Shown: in pieces, positions 58,274-64,000 of the stretch
Layout of the letters: each line of letters opens with the position of its first letter
How positions within the stretch are numbered: the first letter of the stretch is position 1
Source: a virus
Reading direction: 5' to 3' (one strand)
Length of the DNA stretch: 64,000 nucleotides
IMG/VR virus record: IMGVR_UViG_3300030099_008323
Span: 1-64,000 of that record
The notes under the pieces: model-generated
The model's input: the letters and a program-made list of their open reading frames with translations, nothing else
Database searches by the model: none
What the model was told of the DNA's origin: nothing
Program-made: the position numbers and the translations under genes

Positions 58274-59860
58274 TTACCCCTTTAGCAACCAAGAGAAGTT
58301 TTCATACTGTTCTCTTTGTTTGTCAATTTTTTTATCTCGTCGCAACTTATCATATCCTATCATACCTGGTATGCTCGTGTTCAACTTTCTATCCGTAGAA
58401 GACAAAGAAGAAAGAAAAGCTTTTTGATATTGAATATCCCTTTGGTTAACATCATATGCTACTTCCCTAACCCAACACCCAATCGCACAAGCCATGATCA
58501 AATCATCATTATATTTTTTCATAGCCTGTGGTTTGCCGTTGTGCCAAACAAATGTCCTCATTTCATCATGTAATCTTTTTGATTTTATATTAATTAGTTT
58601 ATTTCTAACAAACTCTTCTAATTTAGCGACGATCAAAGGTCTTGTCTTCATTGTAGTTGAAAAGCCAGGTACAACAGAATTCATTCCTTCAGCCTGTAAT
58701 GGATCAACATATTCGTGTGTGGATTTTTTAGAATAATACACATTAGGATATCCTACCTCAATCAGTTTATTTACAACTGTCCAGCCAACAGTGTTGTTCT
58801 CAACTACAATCATACAATTTCCAAATTCTCTACCAATTGATAGAAGCATGTCAGAAAAAACATCTGGAGTGGGCTTTCCTTGATATTCTGCAATTATTTC
58901 ATTTGTTTCAATTTTAAATATCATGAAAGTTGAATAATCTTTTCCGTCTCCTCTAGCTACATCTGCAGCTAGCATATAGTTGCTCTCATTTTCATATTCT
59001 TCCCATATCCACAAATTTCTATCAAAGCCTGTTTTATACTTTGGCTCGCATATATCTTTAGAGATTATTTCTAAATCCTCTGGGTGAAAGACAGTCTCAC
59101 CAGACATGTTGAAATTACATTCAAGCTCTTGTGCGATTTGACGTCGAGACATGTTTCTAGTTTCTTTCTCAAACCAAGATTTGTCTCTTTCAGGATGCAC
59201 ATCCCAAGGTAAAGTTGTGATGTAGAAGTTATTTTTTTCAGACTGCGCATCAACACAAGTTTGGTGAAACCAGTTTCCTACACCATTCGGCGTTGACAAA
59301 GCAATACAGCGCCCACCAGTTGAGAGAGTTGGATAGAGGCCTGTCCATAATTCATCCAAACCTTCAACATGTGCTGCCTCATCAATGACAAGCAAAGATA
59401 AAGCCTCAGAGCGACCAGCATCTGAGCTTGTAGAACTAGCTTTTATTTGTGATCCATTTGATAACTCAAAAGAAGTTCTATTATCAATTGAAATGTTTGA
59501 TATGCGCATCCAGTTTGGTAAATTTTTGTGTATTGATTTTACTTTCTTTACCAAGTTTGCAGCAGTGCCAAATTTTGTGGCTATGACTAGAACATTTTTG
59601 TCGCGGTGAAACAGCATCAGCCAAGCAATATAAGCAGCAGATATAGTAGATATACCTAACTGGCGCGCCTTCAAAACAACGTTAAAGCGATGATCATTAA
59701 AATCATGTAGAAGTGTGGTCTGAAAATCGTAAGTCTTAAAAGGAATTAATCCATGCATCGGATGAGATATTTTAGCATAGTTGTTTATAAAATAAACAGG
59801 ATCCTTGCCAGATTTTAAGATTTCCTTTACTATATCATCTTTTGTTAGCTGAAAAGACAT
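58274..59860 (-). CDS. terL: terminase large subunit (T4 gp17-like)
   Basis: LKARQLGIST, LVIDEAAH, STPNG, ADVARGDGKDYS, NDDLIM. Confidence 0.96.
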   Translation of the reverse strand: MSFQLTKDDIVKEILKSGKDPVYFINNYAKISHPMHGLIPFKTYDFQTTLLHDFNDHRFNVVLKARQLGISTISAAYIAWLMLFHRDKNVLVIATKFGTAANLVKKVKSIHKNLPNWMRISNISIDNRTSFELSNGSQIKASSTSSDAGRSEALSLLVIDEAAHVEGLDELWTGLYPTLSTGGRCIALSTPNGVGNWFHQTCVDAQSEKNNFYITTLPWDVHPERDKSWFEKETRNMSRRQIAQELECNFNMSGETVFHPEDLEIISKDICEPKYKTGFDRNLWIWEEYENESNYMLAADVARGDGKDYSTFMIFKIETNEIIAEYQGKPTPDVFSDMLLSIGREFGNCMIVVENNTVGWTVVNKLIEVGYPNVYYSKKSTHEYVDPLQAEGMNSVVPGFSTTMKTRPLIVAKLEEFVRNKLINIKSKRLHDEMRTFVWHNGKPQAMKKYNDDLIMACAIGCWVREVAYDVNQRDIQYQKAFLSSLSSTDRKLNTSIPGMIGYDKLRRDKKIDKQREQYENFSWLLKG

Positions 59861-60406
59861 CTAGGACTTAGGGCTTTTTTGATTTTTATTGACTGGGCCA
59901 CTTCCCCAAGCGCCTTGGTCTAAAAAATCTTTAAAGTTTTTCTCAAGCTCTTCGCGGCTAGGATCTAAAACGTCTAACACATCACCCATATTACCAATGC
60001 TGTATAGACATCTGGCAGTTGCCCAACAACGCACTCGACTTGAAGACTCAACTCTAATTTTAACATCACCTTGTTTAGTCAAAGTTAGGTTACTGTTTGT
60101 GTTGGCCTTAAATCTTTTTTTAAGTTCAGACACTATCTTATTCATCATTTTTTGAGTTTCCGCTTCAAAATCCTGGCTATAGATTTCTTTTAGTTTAATA
60201 TCAGAATGATATGATAATATTAAAGTCTTACCGGATACTCCAATGTTAAATCCATCCATAACCCGGGAATCATATATAGGGTGGCCAGTATGTCTTTTCA
60301 TGCCAAAATCAAGAGGCTCACCGTCAGCAGTGAGGGCGCCATCATAGCCAATATCCGCTGCGGCTTGAGCGATCCCTTCTAGAATTTCAAGTACTTTTTT
60401 CGACAT
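59861..60406 (-). CDS. hypothetical protein upstream of terL
   Basis: 181-aa ORF abutting the terL start. Confidence 0.75.
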   Translation of the reverse strand: MSKKVLEILEGIAQAAADIGYDGALTADGEPLDFGMKRHTGHPIYDSRVMDGFNIGVSGKTLILSYHSDIKLKEIYSQDFEAETQKMMNKIVSELKKRFKANTNSNLTLTKQGDVKIRVESSSRVRCWATARCLYSIGNMGDVLDVLDPSREELEKNFKDFLDQGAWGSGPVNKNQKSPKS

Positions 60407-60421
60407 TTTTTAATCTCCAAT

Positions 60422-60787
60422 TTATTTATTATTTTTGCAAGGGACATGTCTTTCATATTTTTCTATATAACATCTCTCACAGCACAAGTACTTAATCATG
60501 TAAATATCGTCATTAATTGATTTAATTCTTGTATTACACAGAGTACAATTTAATTTTCTCTCTTTATTAAGTAGTTTGCGGGTTATTAAAACACCGTCAA
60601 CATTTTCTAGTTCAGACGTGTGCTCAAAAGACTTCTCTTTATCAATACGCTCTTGTAATTGTTGTATATATTCTTCTTCTTTATCTCTGTTCCAATAACT
60701 AGCTGGATTCTGTATAGCCTCTTCACCATATTTTTTTTTAATTGCCTTTTCAAGACCAGCTATATAATTTAGATCTTTTTTGCTCAT
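60422..60787 (-). CDS. hypothetical protein with C-terminal zinc finger
   Basis: Start MSKKDL at 60787 (ATGA overlap); CTLC...CCERC. Confidence 0.75.
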   Translation of the reverse strand: MSKKDLNYIAGLEKAIKKKYGEEAIQNPASYWNRDKEEEYIQQLQERIDKEKSFEHTSELENVDGVLITRKLLNKERKLNCTLCNTRIKSINDDIYMIKYLCCERCYIEKYERHVPCKNNK

Positions 60788-61242
60788 CTTGCAATTTCCA
60801 CGCTGGCGTAAAATACCGCCACAGATAATAATATTCCAATTGTTACTCCTCCTAATACCCACCACTCTGTGTGGCTGGGCTTCATTTCTTCTTTCAACAT
60901 TAAATTTAAATCGTTTATCTGCTGCTCTTTTATTTTAATTGTTTCTTCATGTATCTTCTTTAACGAATCATGGTCAATCCTTAGAAGATCGTAAGCCATT
61001 CTTTTATCAGCTAAATCTTTTTGAAACTCTTTCCTTAGCTCCAGCTCAATTTCCATGCGAAGATACTTCTGATCTACAATCATCTTTGATGCCGCAACAG
61101 AATCAAGTAAAACACCAGCAAATGGCGCTTCCTCATCGATAGCAAGAGAAGTTACTCTACCATCTAGCCCTTCAGCATTAGCTTGAAGGGGGAATACAAA
61201 AATAGCCAACGCCACAAATAAAGATATTATTTTTCTTAGCAT
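60784..61242 (-). CDS. signal-peptide + coiled-coil + C-terminal TM protein (spanin-like)
   Basis: ANA|E signal peptidase I-type site; WWVLGGVTIGILLSVAVF transmembrane segment. Confidence 0.55.
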   Translation of the reverse strand: MLRKIISLFVALAIFVFPLQANAEGLDGRVTSLAIDEEAPFAGVLLDSVAASKMIVDQKYLRMEIELELRKEFQKDLADKRMAYDLLRIDHDSLKKIHEETIKIKEQQINDLNLMLKEEMKPSHTEWWVLGGVTIGILLSVAVFYASVEIAR

Positions 61243-61245
61243 ATA

Positions 61246-61647
61246 TCACCCTTTTTTTAAGAACTCTGAACTTAAAATTTTTGCAATGTCCTCTGCTAAC
61301 TTTTCAGGTCTATCTTTGTTTTTTTCAATTGTTTCTGCAAGCTCTTTTTGCTTTTCAATTTCAAGCTCTTCAACTTTGATATCATGTTCTTCTTCAATTT
61401 TTCTGATTTCTTCAACGTGTTCTTCAACAGCTTGCTCTTTTTTAACGTCTTTTTGTTCATTGACTTCCTTTATAACTTTTATTTCTTTTTCGTAATTCTC
61501 TTTAGACTTCATCAAAAGACCAAAAAGCTTCTCTTTCAAGCCTTTACTGGACACCATTGAAAATATCAACAATATTATTATAGCAGGCCAATACCAATAA
61601 TGTTTAACCCAAGTCCAAACTTTTTTCCAAAAAAGTGCGGAAAGCAT
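61246..61647 (-). CDS. N-terminal TM + coiled-coil protein (i-spanin-like)
   Basis: Start MLSALFWKK at 61647 (TAATG overlap); WYWPAIIILLIFSMV then K/E coiled coil. Confidence 0.55.
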   Translation of the reverse strand: MLSALFWKKVWTWVKHYWYWPAIIILLIFSMVSSKGLKEKLFGLLMKSKENYEKEIKVIKEVNEQKDVKKEQAVEEHVEEIRKIEEEHDIKVEELEIEKQKELAETIEKNKDRPEKLAEDIAKILSSEFLKKG

Positions 61648-61763
61648 TAGCAACCACCGCAACTCACACACTTGCAGCAAGCGCAGCAAGCTTTGCAGCA
61701 TTCTTCTATGCAGCAGCATGCTCTCTTAAATAAGTTTAAAAATTTCTGTAATAATGATTTCAT
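61647..61763 (-). CDS. 38-aa cysteine-rich peptide (12 Cys), metallothionein-like, not in ORF track
   Basis: ACAGGAG RBS; MKSLLQKFLNLFKRACCCIEECCKACCACCKCVSCGGC*; stop overlaps the next ATG. Confidence 0.8.
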   Translation of the reverse strand: MKSLLQKFLNLFKRACCCIEECCKACCACCKCVSCGGC

Positions 61764-61779
61764 TTGTTTTCTCCTGTAA

Positions 61780-62064
61780 TTATTGATTAAAGCGCCCTAG
61801 TCGATGGATAATTCTATCCAAATGTACTTCAGTTTTCATATCTCTAAGAGAACTCAAGGCTAAATCCATGCTATCATATTTCAAGCCTCTTGCTCCTTTT
61901 CTAAGACCCTCAAGTACTTGCTTTAGCCTTGCAGCTGCCATTTGTATTTGTTTGGCGGCTTCGATTCCCTCCTCGGGACTAAAAGCAGACTCAGCATTCT
62001 CCAGCTCTTCTTTAATAATTTGTTTTAATTTTGATCTTGTAATCTTCACTTTCCGTGCCTCCAT
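61780..62064 (-). CDS. hypothetical protein
   Basis: KITRSKLKQIIKEELE N-terminus. Confidence 0.7.
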   Translation of the reverse strand: MEARKVKITRSKLKQIIKEELENAESAFSPEEGIEAAKQIQMAAARLKQVLEGLRKGARGLKYDSMDLALSSLRDMKTEVHLDRIIHRLGRFNQ

Positions 62065-62240
62065 TGTGTTGCGAGGTCGACAAGTGCTTGTGACCCAATA
62101 TAAGCTAATGTGACTGCAACCCAGTCCTCGCTAGTCAAAGCGTTCATATAAACGAGATACGTAGCTGTACCCCACGCTAAAAACTTTCTTGAAATAAATC
62201 GCTCGACGTGTTTGTCAAGCCATGCTCTTACTTGTGACAT
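62046..62240 (-). CDS. holin-like small membrane protein
   Basis: 64 aa; FISRKFLAW followed by two hydrophobic segments. Confidence 0.55.
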   Translation of the reverse strand: MSQVRAWLDKHVERFISRKFLAWGTATYLVYMNALTSEDWVAVTLAYIGSQALVDLATQWRHGK

Positions 62241-62261
62241 AATATAGACCCCCTAACATAC

Positions 62262-62269
62262 TAAATAGT
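62262..62269 (-). promoter_or_regulatory. candidate late-promoter motif ACTATTTA
   Basis: Intergenic, upstream of the holin-like cassette. Confidence 0.65.
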
Positions 62270-62296
62270 TTAAATTTTACTAATAAGCCACATCTC

Positions 62297-62695
62297 TTAA
62301 AGACCTGTGAATGTAATTCTTTCACGATCGATACCCATATTATTTTTCCTAAGAAGATCTTGTATACTATCTCGCACAGCTTCTTTTTGTGAGTCCGTAA
62401 TTTTCTTATATGTATCGCGCAGTTCATCATCTGTCATGCTAGTTTTAGTTAGAGATCTCATAAGATCAATGAAAATTTCAGGTGTGACCTGTATGTTATT
62501 AACAACTTTTACAACCGGCCTTATCTTTATCTGCTCTTCTTCTGACTCCGGCGGGAGCTGTGGCGTCGACACATCTAAACTTTGGCCTCCAATCGTTGAT
62601 CCATGGTCTTGGTCAGAATATGGAAGAGATCTACCTCCGCGAGTAGCTTCAGACTCACTAACATATCTTCTCCAATTTTCAAACAATTGTTTCAT
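62297..62695 (-). CDS. hypothetical protein with MKQLFENWRRYVSE N-terminus
   Basis: Late motif 5 nt upstream; no SD. Confidence 0.7.
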   Translation of the reverse strand: MKQLFENWRRYVSESEATRGGRSLPYSDQDHGSTIGGQSLDVSTPQLPPESEEEQIKIRPVVKVVNNIQVTPEIFIDLMRSLTKTSMTDDELRDTYKKITDSQKEAVRDSIQDLLRKNNMGIDRERITFTGL

Positions 62696-62700
62696 AGTTA

Positions 62701-62708
62701 TAAATAGT
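62701..62708 (-). promoter_or_regulatory. candidate late-promoter motif ACTATTTA
   Basis: 5 nt from the ATG of 62695. Confidence 0.6.
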
Positions 62709-62730
62709 CATACTTTTGCTCTTTTACCAG

Positions 62731-63774
62731 TTATGTTGTGGTATCATATTCCCATACGCATGTTACAAAAGTATCGTTCATGCCAGCATTAGGGTTAATA
62801 CTAACTGCCAAAGTATCACCAGCAGAAAAACTATGTGACTGAGATGTAAAATCAAATGTTTGAGTTGTATCAACTGCCAAAGATGCAGTCACAGCTGCGA
62901 CTGCGGCAGAGTTTTCATTGACCTCTAATCCAACTGCAGTCGCACCAGATGCTCCACCTCCAGACGCTCCAGCACACTTTATTAAAACTTTTACTAGCTT
63001 TCCATCATAGGGCGCAATCCAGTGGGTCCATTCACTAGCAGCGTGGCTTGATGCATTAACATCTGATGTAGTGTTAATAGGTAAATAGCGAAGAACAGAA
63101 GAGTTCCCATCGTTAAAAGAGTGATGAGTAAAATAATAATATTTAGCTTTTATAGTACTGGAAAAGCGAAATTCAGCTTCATCTTCCATCCAAGTTATTG
63201 TGCCATCATTACTATTTGCATTGAAGGTTAAAACAACATCCGTATCTCCGCCCTCGCCAATGCTAACGGCATCAGACTGCAAATCAATTAAAGTACCAGC
63301 GTCTAAGACAATATCTGTAGCTACAATCTCTAAATCATTTGCAGTTGGCGAGTTAATAAAAGAGTTAGTATCTCTAAAATTAATTTTGCCTGCGGCTCCA
63401 AGCGTCAAGTCTGTGCCATCAAAAGTAAGACTAGATTCAACAGCAAAAGTATTATCACTAGTGACCCAAGAGATAATTCCATTATCGGTATCACCCGAAA
63501 CAGACCTTGCGGACCCGCCGGCGCCTGAGGCCGTTGTCTTAATAACTCTATTATCTGAGTTTAAGGCTAAAAAACTAGCAGTATTCGCGATGGATCCAGC
63601 AGCGATATTTTGAAAATTAACGCCACCTTCAACTTTTAGATCCCCGCCCACGTGAAGAGTCGACTGTGGTTTTGTTTTGCCAACACCAATTCTAGTGTTT
63701 TTTTCATCTAAAAATAAAGTTTTGCCATCATTTAATAGCTTCTGAAGTTCTCTTTTTTTAGATGGAGTAGGCAT
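62731..63774 (-). CDS. fiber-like structural protein
   Basis: RIGVGKTKPQSTLHVGGD; ESSLTFDGTDL segment resembling 49901..52627. Confidence 0.65.
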   Translation of the reverse strand: MPTPSKKRELQKLLNDGKTLFLDEKNTRIGVGKTKPQSTLHVGGDLKVEGGVNFQNIAAGSIANTASFLALNSDNRVIKTTASGAGGSARSVSGDTDNGIISWVTSDNTFAVESSLTFDGTDLTLGAAGKINFRDTNSFINSPTANDLEIVATDIVLDAGTLIDLQSDAVSIGEGGDTDVVLTFNANSNDGTITWMEDEAEFRFSSTIKAKYYYFTHHSFNDGNSSVLRYLPINTTSDVNASSHAASEWTHWIAPYDGKLVKVLIKCAGASGGGASGATAVGLEVNENSAAVAAVTASLAVDTTQTFDFTSQSHSFSAGDTLAVSINPNAGMNDTFVTCVWEYDTTT

Positions 63775-63778
63775 GTAA

Positions 63779-63786
63779 TAAATAGT
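63779..63786 (-). promoter_or_regulatory. candidate late-promoter motif ACTATTTA
   Basis: 4 nt from the ATG of 63774. Confidence 0.6.
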
Positions 63787-64000
63787 CTACTCATTAACAT
63801 ATGCCTTGCCTTCTATTTTCTCAATCATAATTTGCCTGTCGACAATATCCTTCAGAGAATCTAAGTGTGATATTAAAAGCACAGTTTTAAACTGAGTTTT
63901 GATCATATCTAAAATTCTAATAAATCCTTCCATATTTTCAGCATCCAAAGCAGTGCCTGGCTCATCCAAGATGAATATGTCACCTTTTGGAAGTGTTGAT
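63787..64000 (-). CDS. sbcC: SbcC/Rad50/gp46-like ABC ATPase, C-terminal part (runs off the window edge)
   Basis: Walker B/D-loop FILDEPGTALD and H-loop LISH. Confidence 0.85.
   Translation of the reverse strand, partial: STLPKGDIFILDEPGTALDAENMEGFIRILDMIKTQFKTVLLISHLDSLKDIVDRQIMIEKIEGKAYVNE

Noticed and set aside
14149-59860. Inteins or group I introns in dnaE, nrdJ, helicase, recA or terL
   Set aside because: All are contiguous ORFs of ordinary length with motifs at expected spacing; no C/S...HN intein ends or in-frame interruptions seen
61246-61719. ORF-track start at 61719 for the spanin-like gene
   Set aside because: The first 24 codons overlap the Cys-rich peptide in another frame; the TAATG overlap points to the ATG at 61647
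360-63613. Plus-strand and nested ORFs in the track (e.g. 6521..7342, 35297..35866, 49929..50732, 26702..27031)
   Set aside because: They are antisense shadows of well-supported minus-strand genes, with Ser/Leu/Val-rich composition, no RBS and no motifs
1-64000. CRISPR array or long tandem DNA repeat array
   Set aside because: No regularly spaced identical repeats seen; repeats found are protein-level duplications, low-complexity coding tracts, or the two-copy 32-nt element
1-64000. Stop-codon reassignment (alternative genetic code)
   Set aside because: Core genes are full length in code 11 and end on TAA, TAG or TGA with tight start/stop overlaps; no suppressor tRNA present

Overview
This window is a 64-kb segment of a large, AT-rich, lytic myovirus (Caudoviricetes) with a T4-like structural core. 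Essentially every real gene is on the minus strand and uses the standard genetic code. From high to low coordinate it contains: an SbcC/gp46 fragment; a fiber-like gene; a holin/spanin-like cassette; terminase, portal, prohead protease, ribosomal protein bS21, head fiber, scaffold and major capsid; neck, sheath, tube, tail chaperones, tape measure and baseplate hub; a replication and nucleotide block (minimal PolA, degenerate tubulin, gp32-like SSB, RecA, 5'-3' exonuclease, DnaB, class II RNR NrdJ, GroES, SLT, DnaE, HNH-AP2, dUTPase, IMPDH); a proteostasis cluster (ClpP, GroEL, glutaredoxin, Hsp20, peptide deformylase); four tRNAs; and UV endonuclease UvsE. The most unusual signals, none explained by the ORF track, are: (1) an unannotated 38-aa peptide with 12 Cys (metallothionein- or RiPP-like) with a strong RBS, translationally coupled inside the lysis-like cassette; (2) a ROSE-like RNA-thermometer leader on hsp20; (3) a duplicated 32-nt structured element with compensatory stem changes flanking a Thr/Asn-rich lipoprotein gene; (4) a recurrent candidate late-promoter motif ACTA(T/C/A)TTA, sometimes giving near-leaderless mRNAs; (5) a coupled minimal-PolA / degenerate-tubulin / SSB operon alongside DnaE. 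Family calls come from motif recognition by eye; no database searches were run.
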